A stretch of 64,000 nt of DNA from an uncultured Bacillota bacterium (GCA_958428295.1 CAUAFL010000001.1:37153-101152); one strand, 5' to 3'. Positions 21,566 through 32,830 are shown, numbered from the stretch's first letter. Program-made: numbers and translations. The notes: generated from the sequence alone by a model not told the origin.

Positions 21566-22756
21566 ATGGCAAAAGAAAAATTTGACCGTTCAAAACCACA
21601 TGTTAACATTGGTACAATTGGACACGTAGATCATGGTAAAACTACTTTAACAGCAGCAATTACTAAATGTCTACATGATAAGAATTCTGCTTGGGCTGAT
21701 TTCACTGATTATGCAAATATCGATAAGGCTCCAGAAGAAAGAGAACGTGGTATTACGATTAATACTTCACACGTTGAATATCAAACAGAAAAGCGTCATT
21801 ATGCACATGTTGACTGTCCAGGACATGCTGACTATGTAAAGAATATGATTACAGGTGCAGCTCAGATGGATGGAGCAATTCTTGTAATTGCAGCAACCGA
21901 TGGTGCTATGGCTCAAACTCGTGAACATATCTTATTATCACGTCAAGTTGGGGTACCTCGTATGGTTGTCTTCTTAAATAAATGTGATATGGTTGATGAT
22001 GAAGAGTTAATTGATTTAGTAGAAATGGAAGTTCGTGACTTATTAAATGAATATGGTTACGAAGGTGATGATACACCAGTTATTAAGGGTTCTGCTCTTA
22101 AGGCTCTTGAAGGAGAAGAAAAATATGTTAACGCTATCTATGAACTTATGGATGCTGTTGATGAATGGATCCCAACTCCTGAACGTGATACTGATAAACC
22201 ATTCTTAATGAGTATTGAAGACGTTTTCACTATTACTGGTCGTGGTACAGTTGTTACAGGACGTGTTGAACGTGGACAATTAAAACTTAATGATGAAGTT
22301 GAAATTATTGGTATTCGTGATACGCAAAAGACAGTTGTTACAGGAATTGAAATGTTCCGTAAACAATTAGATTTTGCTGAAGCTGGTGATAATGCTGGTG
22401 TACTTCTTCGTGGTATTTCTCGGGAACAAGTAGAACGTGGACAAGTTCTTGCGAAACCAGGAAGTGTTCATCCACATTGCAAATTTAAGGCAGAAGTATA
22501 CGTTCTAAGCAAAGAAGAAGGCGGACGTCATACACCATTCTTCTCAAATTATCGTCCACAATTTTATTTTAGAACAACAGATGTTACTGGTGTAGTTACC
22601 TTACCTGAAGGGGTAGAAATGGTAATGCCAGGAGATAACATTACTATGGAAGTTGAATTGATTCACCCAATTGCTATTGAAAAGGGTACAAAATTCTCTA
22701 TTCGTGAAGGTGGCCGTACGGTTGGTGCCGGTGTTGTTTCAGAAATTGTTGAATAA
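21566..22756 (+). CDS. tuf: elongation factor Tu
   Basis: [17 protein letters not shown] and NKCD motifs. 396 aa. Confidence 0.95.
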   Translation: MAKEKFDRSKPHVNIGTIGHVDHGKTTLTAAITKCLHDKNSAWADFTDYANIDKAPEERERGITINTSHVEYQTEKRHYAHVDCPGHADYVKNMITGAAQMDGAILVIAATDGAMAQTREHILLSRQVGVPRMVVFLNKCDMVDDEELIDLVEMEVRDLLNEYGYEGDDTPVIKGSALKALEGEEKYVNAIYELMDAVDEWIPTPERDTDKPFLMSIEDVFTITGRGTVVTGRVERGQLKLNDEVEIIGIRDTQKTVVTGIEMFRKQLDFAEAGDNAGVLLRGISREQVERGQVLAKPGSVHPHCKFKAEVYVLSKEEGGRHTPFFSNYRPQFYFRTTDVTGVVTLPEGVEMVMPGDNITMEVELIHPIAIEKGTKFSIREGGRTVGAGVVSEIVE

Positions 22757-22765
22757 AGATGAAAA

Positions 22766-22789
22766 AGGAAGCCATTGCTTCTTTTTTTT
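22766..22789 (+). terminator. rho-independent terminator after tuf
   Basis: Hairpin ggaagc-cattg-cttct followed by a T8 run. Confidence 0.55.
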
Positions 22790-22805
22790 GATATAATTTT
22801 AATAG

Positions 22806-23432
22806 GTGATAAAAATGCGTTCTTTAAAAAACACAATTCTTGGACTTATCGGTATTTGTTTTCTTGTCGGTGGTGCCTATTTGGTAGCTAATCTTATTAA
22901 TGAGCAAAATCGTGCGAAACTATCGCCGTCTGAAAAAGTATTAAAAATTGGTACTGAGGTAGTAGACTGGAAACTTTATCGTGTTAATCAGGCTTTTTTT
23001 ATTAAGATTCCTAAACAATTTGTTAAATTGGATGAAGCCACTTTAAAAGTTAAGTATCCGGCTAATGATCGTCCAGAACTGGTTTTTCAAAGTAGTGATG
23101 ATCAAACCCATGTTTTTGTTACCGTATCTAATATTGTTATTTCCGATAGTGATTTAGCTACCTACATTGAAAATACTAAAAATTCTTTAACTGGTTTTAA
23201 GGTAACAGAAGCTGTCACTTATCAAAAATATGATAAGACTTTTGCTAAATTGGTAGCGACTGATCAACAGGAATTGGGAAATTATTATGATATTCGTTAT
23301 TTTACAATTAATCAAAAGTTAGTTAAGGTTGAATTTCATACACCTAAACAGAAGGTTGAAGAGCTGGAAGAAGTTTCAAAAATATTATTAGACAGTATCT
23401 GTTTTCGAGAAGAGGATACAAAAAAAGAATAG
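22806..23432 (+). CDS. hypothetical membrane-anchored protein (N-terminal TM helix)
   Basis: Hydrophobic N-terminus (ILGLIGICFLVGGAYLV). No recognisable domain. An alternative start is the ATG at 22815. Confidence 0.45.
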   Translation: MIKMRSLKNTILGLIGICFLVGGAYLVANLINEQNRAKLSPSEKVLKIGTEVVDWKLYRVNQAFFIKIPKQFVKLDEATLKVKYPANDRPELVFQSSDDQTHVFVTVSNIVISDSDLATYIENTKNSLTGFKVTEAVTYQKYDKTFAKLVATDQQELGNYYDIRYFTINQKLVKVEFHTPKQKVEELEEVSKILLDSICFREEDTKKE

Positions 23433-23440
23433 TAAGAGTA

Positions 23441-24688
23441 CTATTTCTTTTTGTCTTTGTTTAAATTTTTGTAGAGATTATAAGGAAGCTGACTGATAAT
23501 ATAATCAAATTCACCAATATATTCTGTGATAACACTATGAAATCCTAATTTCATTTCATTTAATCCAGAATAGTTATTAGCTTGTTGAAATTCACCACTA
23601 ACAGCATTTAGATTAATATACTTAAAGTTCCTTTTTTTGTAGTTGTTTATCATTTCCCATTTGATAAGATAGTTGGGATTGAGGGTTTTAAACTTGGAAT
23701 CAAAACCTTCGATGACAAGAAAGGCAGCGTTGTCATAGCAGATGATAAAGGCGCCTCCGATGATCAATCCCTTTGGATACTGTTTTAATAAATTTGTTGC
23801 CCAGACTAAATTTTTTTTGTAGATATTAATTAGTTTATCAGATTCTATTTTTTCATTGATTAATTTTTTTCTAGTTGCAATATTGTTTTGTGATTTTTGA
23901 ATTTGCTGAGCTAAATTATCATTGTTATCTAATTCCTTTTCATAGAGTTGTTTACTAGAGATGACAAATGTTTCTGTATTTAATTTGGCAAGAAATAATT
24001 CTGATTGTTTATCAAAATTTTGATATAGCTCTTGATAATAGGTTAAGGGTCGATCGTGTTTTCGTTTTACGAATTCGAAAAAAGTCGGTAGATCATTTTC
24101 TGTGCCTCGGTAGATCTCTACCCCGGAACGAATTGCCTTTTTAATTTTATAGCGTACTCGCTTTTCAAAATGATGATAAATTTCTTTTATATCTTGCTGT
24201 AACGTGATCAAAGCTTCAAAACGGGGTTTTTCGGTTTCAAAAAATAAAGTTTGTCCATGATACTGTAAGTTGAGATTTTTGAGATTTTCTAAGATAATTT
24301 CCGTTTCTTGATTGTGATTTAAAATTTGACCATCTTTGTTGCGTAGGTTAATGGGGATTAAAGGATCGAATTTAAGAAGCATGAATCCTTGTTTCCCTAA
24401 TAGTTTTTTTAAACGTTCTAACAGCTCTTTTAATTGAAATTGATTACTGTATTCAATGAGCATTCCGCGGGGAGCATAAGCAATTTTATAATTCATGAAA
24501 ACTTCACGGTATAACAGTAAGGTGGCTCCAATTAGGTTACCATGATCATTCATAATTCCTAGATAATGTGTATCATAGCCAAACTTTTGCATTGTTCTAC
24601 CATAGGCAGTACTTTGATAGTAACTACGATATTTATGCTTGTTAGCATATTGATCAAATTCAGTTTCCTTTAACGTTATGATCTTCAT
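23441..24688 (-). CDS. FemAB-family peptidoglycan interpeptide-bridge aminoacyltransferase
   Basis: 415 aa with the FemABX N-terminal region and a central coiled coil typical of the family. It is divergent from murD. Confidence 0.65.
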   Translation of the reverse strand: MKIITLKETEFDQYANKHKYRSYYQSTAYGRTMQKFGYDTHYLGIMNDHGNLIGATLLLYREVFMNYKIAYAPRGMLIEYSNQFQLKELLERLKKLLGKQGFMLLKFDPLIPINLRNKDGQILNHNQETEIILENLKNLNLQYHGQTLFFETEKPRFEALITLQQDIKEIYHHFEKRVRYKIKKAIRSGVEIYRGTENDLPTFFEFVKRKHDRPLTYYQELYQNFDKQSELFLAKLNTETFVISSKQLYEKELDNNDNLAQQIQKSQNNIATRKKLINEKIESDKLINIYKKNLVWATNLLKQYPKGLIIGGAFIICYDNAAFLVIEGFDSKFKTLNPNYLIKWEMINNYKKRNFKYINLNAVSGEFQQANNYSGLNEMKLGFHSVITEYIGEFDYIISQLPYNLYKNLNKDKKK

Positions 24689-24798
24689 TTTTTTGCTCCT
24701 TTGTCCATCTCATTATAGCAATAATTTCACTCTTTTTCAATGAAAAGGGTTTAAAGATGCCCCTAAAAAACGTATAATGGAAATAGGAGGGAAAATAA

Positions 24799-26154
24799 AT
24801 GTTTGAAAACAACAAGATTTTAGTCTTAGGGATGGCTCGTAGTGGCTATGAAGCTGCTAAGTTCCTTAGTAAACGAGGCAATACGATTATTTTAAATGAT
24901 GGTGGTCCCAAGGAAAAGCAAGAGGAAGCAAAGATTTTAGAGTTAGAATCTTTGGGAGTTAATCTTATTTTTGGTGAACATCCTGAAGAATTACTGGATG
25001 ACAGTTTCGATTACTTAATTAAAAACCCAGGAATTGCTATTGATCATCCTTATGTATTAAAAGCTCGACAATTAGGAATAGAGGTAATTAATGAAGCTGA
25101 GATGGCTTATCGTTTATTACCTAAGGATATTACATTGATTGGAATTACTGGTACTAATGGAAAAACTACTACCACTACACTTACTTATGAAATGATTAAG
25201 AAAAGTGGCAAAAGAGTGCATTTGGCTGGTAATATCGGTTATCCATTATGTAGTTTTTTAGAACAGCTGCTTGCGGGTGATATCATCGTAATGGAAGTAT
25301 CTTGTCAGCAACTAGAAAACTTTGTTAAATTTCGCCCTCATATTGCTTTAATCACTAATTTATCTGAAGCTCATCTTGATTTTTTAAAAACTTATGATAA
25401 TTATAAACGTGTAAAATTAAAGTTATTTGCTCAACAAGAGTCTTCAGATATTGCTATTTTAAATATTGAAAATGAAGAGGTTATGAAAGGTAGTAAAGGA
25501 ATTCTTGCAACTACTAAATATTTTTCATCCTGTCAAGAGATTAATGGTGCTTATTATAAAGATGAAGCACTTTGGTATTATGATGAGAAAATTATTGAAC
25601 GTCATAAATTCTTGTTACCAGGTAACCATAACATAGAAAATGCTTTAGGAGCTTTAATGATTGCTAAAGAGGTGGGGGTTTCTAGTGATGTTATTCGGGA
25701 AGTATTAACGACCTTTACGGGCGTTGCCCATCGGTTGGAATTTATCAAAGAAGTGGCAGGAGTTCGTTATTATAATGACACGGAAGCTACCAATACTAAG
25801 TGTACACAGATAGCTTTATCATCTTTTCAAGAAAATGTTATTCTTATTCTTGGGGGACTCGATCGTGGACAAAATTTCCATGATTTAGATGCTTATTTGG
25901 CACCTGTTAAAACAATTATTGGAATTGGTCAGTGTCGTGAACGCGTGCGTGATTATGGCGAAGAAGTAACGATTTCAACGCAGGTATTTGAGCATTTGGA
26001 ACAAGCTTTTGCTTATTTACAACAAATTGTTAAGCCAAACGATATTGTATTACTCAGTCCGGCTTCTGCTTCTTGGGATCAATATAAGCAGTGTGAGGAT
26101 CGTGGGGAACAGTTTAAAAATTTAGTAGAGGAGATAGAAATAAATGAGAATTAA
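24799..26154 (+). CDS. murD: UDP-N-acetylmuramoyl-L-alanine--D-glutamate ligase
   Basis: Mur ligase ATP-binding motif [12 protein letters not shown] in a ~450-aa architecture. Confidence 0.85.
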   Translation: MFENNKILVLGMARSGYEAAKFLSKRGNTIILNDGGPKEKQEEAKILELESLGVNLIFGEHPEELLDDSFDYLIKNPGIAIDHPYVLKARQLGIEVINEAEMAYRLLPKDITLIGITGTNGKTTTTTLTYEMIKKSGKRVHLAGNIGYPLCSFLEQLLAGDIIVMEVSCQQLENFVKFRPHIALITNLSEAHLDFLKTYDNYKRVKLKLFAQQESSDIAILNIENEEVMKGSKGILATTKYFSSCQEINGAYYKDEALWYYDEKIIERHKFLLPGNHNIENALGALMIAKEVGVSSDVIREVLTTFTGVAHRLEFIKEVAGVRYYNDTEATNTKCTQIALSSFQENVILILGGLDRGQNFHDLDAYLAPVKTIIGIGQCRERVRDYGEEVTISTQVFEHLEQAFAYLQQIVKPNDIVLLSPASASWDQYKQCEDRGEQFKNLVEEIEINEN

Positions 26155-27367
26155 AAATATTATTGGTCGGGAAATCTTGGATTCCAGAGGAAATCCTACT
26201 GTGGAAGTAGATGTTATTTTAGAAAATGGTCTAATGGAAAGAGCATCTGTTCCTAGTGGTGCCTCCACAGGAGAACGAGAGGCTTTAGAAATGCGTGACG
26301 GTGGTGATCGCTTTCAAGGAAAGGGTGTTTTAACTGCTGTTGCTAATGTCAATGGAATTCTTCGTGAAAATTTGATTGGTATGGAAGTAGAAAACCAAGC
26401 AGAAATTGATGCTAAAATGATCGCTCTTGATGGTACTAAAACAAAATGTAATTTAGGTGCCAATGCTATTTTGGGAGTATCGATGGCATGTTTAAAGGCT
26501 GCTGCTAAGCAGGCTCAGAAACCACTTTATCAATATGTAGGTACAGGGCGTACTTTGCCTGTTCCAATGATGAACATTATTAATGGAGGAGCACATGCTG
26601 ATAATTCATTGGATTTCCAAGAATATATGATTATTCCTCAACGAAAAAACCTTCATGAGCGTGTCCGTGTGGGTGCTGAAATATTTCATACCTTAAAGAC
26701 CGTATTAAAAGAAAAAGGCTATGCTACTAGTGTTGGTGATGAAGGTGGCTTTGCACCTAATTTAAAGAGTAATCAAGAAGGATTTGAATTAATTAATGAA
26801 GCGGTAAAAAGAGCTGGTTATGTTCCTGGAGTAGATGTTTGTTATGCCATAGATGTCGCAGCCAGTGAATTCTATCAAGATGGTGCTTATCATTTAGCTG
26901 GTGAGGGCAAGGTAGTATCTACGGAGGAGCTGATTGCTTATTACCAAAGTTTAGTAGATAATTATCCTATTATTTCCATCGAAGATCCAGTTGATGAAAA
27001 TGACTGGGAAGGTTTTCGTAAAGTGACGGAGGTTTTAGGCGATAGAATTCAATTGGTGGGGGATGATTTATTTGTTACTAATAAAGAGTGTCTTCAAAAG
27101 GGGATCGATCAACACTGTGGAAATGCTATTTTATTAAAAGTAAATCAAATTGGAACGATTAGTGAAACCTTAGAAACGATTGAATTAGCTAAAAAGCATG
27201 GCTATCGAACTATTATTTCGCATCGAAGTGGGGAAACAGAGGATACGACAATTGCTGATTTAGCCGTCGGTTTAGATCTTGGCCAAATTAAGACGGGATC
27301 GATGTCACGAACAGATCGTATTTGTAAGTATAACCAATTAATGCGGATTGAAGAAGAAATTGAGTAG
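26144..27367 (+). CDS. eno: enolase (phosphopyruvate hydratase)
   Basis: Enolase N-terminus ([12 protein letters not shown]) and the active-site signatures SHRSGETED and [10 protein letters not shown]. It overlaps the murD stop by 11 nt. Confidence 0.88.
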   Translation: MRIKNIIGREILDSRGNPTVEVDVILENGLMERASVPSGASTGEREALEMRDGGDRFQGKGVLTAVANVNGILRENLIGMEVENQAEIDAKMIALDGTKTKCNLGANAILGVSMACLKAAAKQAQKPLYQYVGTGRTLPVPMMNIINGGAHADNSLDFQEYMIIPQRKNLHERVRVGAEIFHTLKTVLKEKGYATSVGDEGGFAPNLKSNQEGFELINEAVKRAGYVPGVDVCYAIDVAASEFYQDGAYHLAGEGKVVSTEELIAYYQSLVDNYPIISIEDPVDENDWEGFRKVTEVLGDRIQLVGDDLFVTNKECLQKGIDQHCGNAILLKVNQIGTISETLETIELAKKHGYRTIISHRSGETEDTTIADLAVGLDLGQIKTGSMSRTDRICKYNQLMRIEEEIE

Positions 27368-27385
27368 GACGAAAGTCCTTTTTTT
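27365..27385 (+). terminator. rho-independent terminator after eno
   Basis: Hairpin aggac-gaaa-gtcct followed by T7. Confidence 0.6.
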
Positions 27386-27411
27386 GACGAATATAGAATT
27401 TTGTTGTATAA
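27383..27411 (+). promoter_or_regulatory. sigma-A promoter (TTGACG-17-TATAAT)
   Basis: Near-consensus hexamers about 25 nt upstream of the 27436 ORF. Confidence 0.5.
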
Positions 27412-27435
27412 TATAAAAATATTTGAGGTGAGAAG

Positions 27436-28272
27436 ATGGTAAATTATCAAAATATTGGGATTCGTATGGATCAGTTTAGTATGCATGACCCAAAATGTTT
27501 AAAGGCTATTTTGCAAGAATATTCTGTGCAAAATTTTGAACAACTAGTTGATTTATTGAATAGTGGAGAATTAAATAGTCATCCTGGGTTTTCTGAGGTT
27601 CAAAATTATATCTTAGATATGAAAAGTATGTTAGCAGATGGAAAGCATATAAATGTTAAAGAACGGGTAAAAACGTTTTCTCTTTATCAAAGTTCAAACC
27701 TTCCCATGACGACTTTAGAAAAGACAGATCATCAAAACTGTGGTGGTGTTTTAATGCTTTCTAATCCGGCTACTACTTTATATCGTGGCTTTGAACTTGC
27801 CGGTGTTGAACAAATGTCAATTGCACAGTTGAAGTATTATCTTAGTCATTGTGATTTTCATGGGGAAATGTTATTTACAAAGTGGCGTTATATAGGAACT
27901 TCTAAAGTAGATCTAGCGTTAGAGGCTTTGTCTTTATTTGAAAAACAAAATATTCGTCTTTTAAAAGAAGTAGGATCAGTTTCCGAAGAGGTAAATCTTT
28001 TTACTGTTGATCTTACTAAAAGAAAGAACATAGTTCAGGAAGAAAAAATGGAACTGTTTGATTATTTATTTGAACAGGGGGATACGTATGTTTTTGGGAC
28101 ACTAACAGACCATCAAAAAGAAATGTTGAATTCAGGACTTATCAATTCCAGCAAAGCTTCCTCTAGAAAAGCGCAACAATTACTTAACTATCTTAGTTAT
28201 TATGTGACACCAAAAGAGGCCGAAAGAGGCTTAGTAAAAAGTAAGACTTTAGATCGATTTATTGTCCAGTAA
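27436..28272 (+). CDS. hypothetical protein
   Basis: 278-aa ORF with a GAGGTGAG RBS. No domain recognised. It lies between eno and secG, where est/yvaK sits in other Firmicutes. Confidence 0.45.
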   Translation: MVNYQNIGIRMDQFSMHDPKCLKAILQEYSVQNFEQLVDLLNSGELNSHPGFSEVQNYILDMKSMLADGKHINVKERVKTFSLYQSSNLPMTTLEKTDHQNCGGVLMLSNPATTLYRGFELAGVEQMSIAQLKYYLSHCDFHGEMLFTKWRYIGTSKVDLALEALSLFEKQNIRLLKEVGSVSEEVNLFTVDLTKRKNIVQEEKMELFDYLFEQGDTYVFGTLTDHQKEMLNSGLINSSKASSRKAQQLLNYLSYYVTPKEAERGLVKSKTLDRFIVQ

Positions 28273-28335
28273 ATGCTTGATAAACTTAGCAAATTGTGAT
28301 ATGTTAATAGTATTGTTGTAAACGGAGGTGGCAAG

Positions 28336-28551
28336 ATGAAAACTTTATTGTTGATCATTTCGATTATTTTAATCGTGATTGTGTTGTTACAAAGTAGTAA
28401 AGCCGAAGGGGGAGCCCAAATCCTATCTGGAAATAGTAGTGATTTGTTTAAAAATCGTAAAGAGCGTGGTTCGGAATTAGTTATTACACGCATTACTATG
28501 TTATTGGGGCTTTCTTTCTTTATTATTTGTTTAGTACAATCTTTTATTTAG
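28336..28551 (+). CDS. secG: preprotein translocase subunit SecG
   Basis: 71 aa, two TM helices, SecG signature (VLLQSSK). The conserved secG-rnr-smpB-ssrA order supports it. Confidence 0.75.
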   Translation: MKTLLLIISIILIVIVLLQSSKAEGGAQILSGNSSDLFKNRKERGSELVITRITMLLGLSFFIICLVQSFI

Positions 28552-28650
28552 ATAATTAAAGGTGCAAATACTATTATTTGTGCTTTTTTTTGAGGGAAAT
28601 TTGTGATTTGTGGTATGATATAAATAACAAAAAGAAATGGGGTCAGTTAG

Positions 28651-30744
28651 ATGAAAGAAAGAATTATCAAAATATTAGAAAGCACTACTAGAAGTTTGAC
28701 TGTTTTTGAAATAGAGGAAGCTTTGGGAATTAGCCACTTGGAAGAGTTGTTATTGGTTTTGAAAGAAATGGAAGAAGAAGCGACCATTTATCATACGAAT
28801 AAAGATAAGTATATGCTTTTTAGCAATAGTCATTTATTTAAGGGAAAATTGCATTCTAATAAAAAAGGTTTTGGTTTTGTTCAAGTGGAAGGGATGACCG
28901 ATGATATTTATATTAAAGAAGAGAATATCAATGGTGCGCTTCATGGAGATGATGTGATTGTAGAGTTACTTTCTAAAAAGGATATTGGTCGTTTAGAAGG
29001 GCGAATTTTACGGGTATTAAAGCATGAGACGAATACTTATGTTGGCGAGATTCAATTTTCTAACAATGTGGGAGTAGTTGCGTTAGATGAGGATAAAGTT
29101 AATTTGGAGGTAATTGTATCTTTAGAAAATAGTATGAATGCTGTGGATGGTCATAAAGTAGTAGTGGAAATTACAAGACGAATTAGCAATCAAAAAGCAG
29201 AAGGAAAAGTAATTAAGATATTAGGTCATAAGAATGATCCTGGAGTGGACATTTTATCGATTGTGGAAAAATATCATATTGCCACAGAATTTCCTGAAGA
29301 AGTAATAGCTGAAGTTCAATCCTTACCTATGACAGTTGCAAAGGCTGATTGGCAGGGTCGTAGAGATTTGCGTGATGAGATGATCTTTACCATTGATGGA
29401 GATGATACGAAGGATATAGATGATGCCATTAGTATTTCGAAGTTAGCTAATGGTAATTATCAATTAGGAGTCCATATTGCTGATGTTTCCTATTATGTGA
29501 GGGAAGGTAGTGCTCTTGATAAAGAGGCAATGGAACGTGGGACATCAGTTTATTTAGTTGATCGTGTAATTCCAATGTTACCGCATGCTTTATCTAATGG
29601 TATTTGTTCCTTAAATCCTGGGGTGGATCGTTTGGCTATTTCCTGTGTTATGGAGTTTGATGAACAAGGTAAGCTCCATCATTATGAAATTTTTGAGAGT
29701 GTTATTCGGTCTAAAATTCAGATGACTTATAAAAAAGTAAATCAAATTCTTGAAAAAAATCAAGTTCCTGAAGGGTATGATCCTTACGTCGATTCACTAC
29801 GATTAATGAATATTTTGGCGGAAATTTTACGAAAAGCTAAGCTTCGTCGTGGTTATTTGGATTTTGATATTGGAGAACCTAAAATTTTAGTAGATGAAAA
29901 TGGGAAGCCAACACAAGTGGTAATGCGGACACAGGCTACGGGTGAAAATTTGATTGAAGATTTTATGATTGCTGCTAATGAGTGTGTGGCTAGTCATATT
30001 TTTAATATGGATTTACCATTTATTTATCGAATTCATGAATATCCTAAGGAGGAAAGAATTCGTACTTTTTTAGGGTTTGTTAGTAATCTGGGGTACCAAA
30101 TTCCAGGAAATATTAAAGATAATAAACCTACAACAGTACAGCGAATTTTAAACTTTCTGAAGGATAAAAAGGAAGCTAAGATTTTATCTAGTTTATTATT
30201 GCGCAGTATGCAAAAAGCTGTTTATCTACCAACTAATTTAGGTCACTATGGTCTTGCTAGTAAATGTTATACTCATTTTACTTCTCCTATTCGGCGTTAT
30301 CCAGATACTACGGTTCATCGATTGTTACATACCTATTTATTCCAACATGATTTAGCTCCGCAAACGCTTCATCATTGGCAAGAGAAATTAGTATTTATTA
30401 GTGATATTGCGTCTAGTAGAGAAAGAGCTTCCATTGATTGTGAAAGAGAAGTGGAAGATATGAAAATGGCAGAATATATGGAAGATCATATTGGTGAAGT
30501 ATATCAAGGGATGATTTCTTCCGTAATGAGTTTTGGAATGTTTGTGGAACTTGATAATATGGTAGAAGGATTAGTTCCTTTACGAAATATGAAGGATTAT
30601 TTTGTTTATGATGAAGAGAGAATGACTTTAGTGGGAGAACGGACTAAGGTGCGTTATACAATTGGTGAACGTGTTAGGATAAAAGTAGTAGCGGCTTCTA
30701 AAGAAGCTAAAACAATTGATTTTGAAATTATTGAAAAGGCGTAA
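28651..30744 (+). CDS. rnr: ribonuclease R
   Basis: N-terminal winged-helix, cold-shock/OB domains, the RNB catalytic domain (DDTKDIDDAIS) and a C-terminal S1 domain. Confidence 0.88.
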   Translation: MKERIIKILESTTRSLTVFEIEEALGISHLEELLLVLKEMEEEATIYHTNKDKYMLFSNSHLFKGKLHSNKKGFGFVQVEGMTDDIYIKEENINGALHGDDVIVELLSKKDIGRLEGRILRVLKHETNTYVGEIQFSNNVGVVALDEDKVNLEVIVSLENSMNAVDGHKVVVEITRRISNQKAEGKVIKILGHKNDPGVDILSIVEKYHIATEFPEEVIAEVQSLPMTVAKADWQGRRDLRDEMIFTIDGDDTKDIDDAISISKLANGNYQLGVHIADVSYYVREGSALDKEAMERGTSVYLVDRVIPMLPHALSNGICSLNPGVDRLAISCVMEFDEQGKLHHYEIFESVIRSKIQMTYKKVNQILEKNQVPEGYDPYVDSLRLMNILAEILRKAKLRRGYLDFDIGEPKILVDENGKPTQVVMRTQATGENLIEDFMIAANECVASHIFNMDLPFIYRIHEYPKEERIRTFLGFVSNLGYQIPGNIKDNKPTTVQRILNFLKDKKEAKILSSLLLRSMQKAVYLPTNLGHYGLASKCYTHFTSPIRRYPDTTVHRLLHTYLFQHDLAPQTLHHWQEKLVFISDIASSRERASIDCEREVEDMKMAEYMEDHIGEVYQGMISSVMSFGMFVELDNMVEGLVPLRNMKDYFVYDEERMTLVGERTKVRYTIGERVRIKVVAASKEAKTIDFEIIEKA

Positions 30745-30749
30745 ATAGT

Positions 30750-31910
30750 ATGGTAGTAAAGAAGCGAAGTAAGCCTAAGATGATTGGAATACTATTAGTT
30801 ATTCTTATTATGGTAATGATGAGTATTTATTGTTATCAAAACTTTTATGTTTCTAATAATCAACAAAATAGTGATTTGCCTGTTGTTGAGAAAGAAATAA
30901 AAAAGGAGTATCAGGCTAACCTTGTTATGGTAGGAGATGCTCTCATTCATAGTGCTATTTATCAGGATGCAAAAACAGGGATTGACAGTTATGATTTTCG
31001 TCCAATGTTAGAAAAAATTAAACCTTTAGTAGCATCCTATGACTTGGGTTATTATAACCAAGAGACAATTCTTGGTGGTAGTGAGTTAGGTTTATCTAAT
31101 TATCCTCGTTTCAACTCTCCTTATGAAGTGGGCGATGCTTTTATTGATGCTGATTTTAATTTGGTGTCTTTAGCTACTAATCATACGATGGATAAAGGCG
31201 AACAAGGAGTATTAAATTCTCTTACCTATTGGCAACAGCATAAAAATGTTTATAAAGCAGGAAGCTATGGCTCCTTTGAAGAACGTGATGAAAAGGTCAT
31301 TCGGGAAGTGAATGGAATTACTTATGCTTTTTTTTCCTATACAACTTGGACTAATGGTTTATCAACACCTAGTGGAAAAGAATATTTAAATAATGTTTAT
31401 AGTGAAGAATTAGTCAAGAATGATATTGAACGTGTACGTGATGAAGTAGACGTAGTCATTGTTGCTATGCACTGGGGGACAGAGTATTCTACTCAAGTCA
31501 GTCCTCAACAAGAACAGATTGCTACTTATCTTTCGTCTTTAGGGGTAGATATTGTTATTGGTACTCATCCACATGTAATAGAGCCTATTACCTATGTGGG
31601 AAAGACGTTAGTTTTTTATTCATTAGGAAACTTTATCTCTGATCAAGAAGGGGTAGAACGCCTAACGGGTTTGGTAGCTAGGGTTTCTATCCACAAAACT
31701 GTGGAAAAAGAGGTAACTACGATTCGTTTGGAAAATGTTGAAGCAGAGTTGCTCTATACATATTCTACTTATGGTAGAAAGCGAAACTTTGTTGTCTATC
31801 CTTATCATCAATTAAATGAAATTTTGTTACCTAAGTATCGAGAATATTATCAGAAATATCGTAGTATTGTAACATCCTTAAACAACCAAGTTGTAATGAA
31901 AGATTTATAG
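30750..31910 (+). CDS. CapA/PgsA-family metallophosphatase-like membrane-anchored protein
   Basis: N-terminal TM anchor and a PGA_cap domain (GDALIHS...GTHPHV). Confidence 0.6.
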   Translation: MVVKKRSKPKMIGILLVILIMVMMSIYCYQNFYVSNNQQNSDLPVVEKEIKKEYQANLVMVGDALIHSAIYQDAKTGIDSYDFRPMLEKIKPLVASYDLGYYNQETILGGSELGLSNYPRFNSPYEVGDAFIDADFNLVSLATNHTMDKGEQGVLNSLTYWQQHKNVYKAGSYGSFEERDEKVIREVNGITYAFFSYTTWTNGLSTPSGKEYLNNVYSEELVKNDIERVRDEVDVVIVAMHWGTEYSTQVSPQQEQIATYLSSLGVDIVIGTHPHVIEPITYVGKTLVFYSLGNFISDQEGVERLTGLVARVSIHKTVEKEVTTIRLENVEAELLYTYSTYGRKRNFVVYPYHQLNEILLPKYREYYQKYRSIVTSLNNQVVMKDL

Positions 31911-31922
31911 GAGGTATTACTT

Positions 31923-32366
31923 ATGGAAATTCTTAATCGAAAAGCAAGACATGATTATTTTATTGAACAAGAACTTGAATGTGGCATTGTTTTGACAGGT
32001 ACTGAAATAAAATCAATTCGTTCTGGTAGTGCAGCTTTAAAAGATAGTTATGCACTTATTCGTAATCATGAAGTATTTTTAGTAAATATGTTTATTGCTC
32101 CTTATAAAGAAGGAAATATTTTTAATCATGCTGAAACACGTAACCGTAAGTTACTATTACACGCTAAAGAAATTTGTCGTTTAGAAGTTAAAGTTTCTCA
32201 AGAAGGGTATACGCTAGTACCCTTAAAGTTATATTTTAAGAATGGTAAAGCTAAGATTTTATTAGGTGTTTGTCGTGGTAAAAAGAATTATGATAAGCGA
32301 GAAACTATTAAAGCTCGTGATTTAGAGCGAGAGATGCGTAAAACAGATAAATATAGAGGTAGATAA
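31923..32366 (+). CDS. smpB: SsrA-binding protein
   Basis: 147 aa with the conserved SmpB sequence (NRKARHDY...GTEIKSIR). Immediately upstream of tmRNA. Confidence 0.92.
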   Translation: MEILNRKARHDYFIEQELECGIVLTGTEIKSIRSGSAALKDSYALIRNHEVFLVNMFIAPYKEGNIFNHAETRNRKLLLHAKEICRLEVKVSQEGYTLVPLKLYFKNGKAKILLGVCRGKKNYDKRETIKARDLEREMRKTDKYRGR

Positions 32367-32411
32367 GGGCCCTTTACGAAGTATCCTTTTTGTGCTATAA
32401 TGTGCGTAGTC

Positions 32412-32794
32412 GGGGATGTTTTGGTTTCGACAGGAATAGTAGAGCATAAATGGCAAGCCGTGTTGTTTACGTTACAAACAAACTTAAATATAACTGGAAA
32501 CAGTATTAAAACAGCACTTTCTAATTTATTTGGTGGAAACCAAGAATTAGCTATGGCCTAGTTTAGACAAGGTGCACTGTTACATTCGGATTTCCTATGT
32601 TCGTTTGTGATGGTTAATTTTAATAGGATATAATTATCTGATGATTTTAGGATAATTGAACTGAAAAATCTAGAATAGTCATTTGGTTGGTAATTCTCTG
32701 AAGACTATTTGAAACCTATAAGAATTACCTAAGCTTGTAGAAGTTTATGTAGCTCTATTTTTGGACAGGAGTTCGATTCTCCTCATCTCCACCA
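32412..32794 (+). ncRNA. ssrA: transfer-messenger RNA (tmRNA, SsrA)
   Basis: 5' GGGGAUGUUUUGGUUUCGACAGG and 3' GGACAGGAGUUCGAUUCUCCUCAUCUCCACCA form a tRNA-Ala-like acceptor stem with a G3:U70 pair and a T-arm. The region CTTAAATATAACTGG upstream of the tag ORF is conserved with B. subtilis ssrA. A TGcTATAAT extended -10 lies at about 32389-32399. Confidence 0.9.
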
Positions 32795-32830
32795 GTAAGC
32801 AATCTGTCCAGACTTTTATAGTTTAGGGCT
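32771..32830 (+). repeat. copy A of the island-array direct repeat (functional tmRNA 3' end plus ~35-nt flank ...aatctgtccagacttttatagttt)
   Basis: Degenerate copies of this segment recur at 38907, 41387, 43342 and possibly 44491. Confidence 0.6.

Noticed and set aside
26144-27367. Enolase as a divergent moonlighting paralog
   Set aside because: All catalytic signatures are canonical and the gene sits in the conserved eno-secG-rnr-smpB block. It is most likely the housekeeping enolase despite the unusual upstream neighbour.
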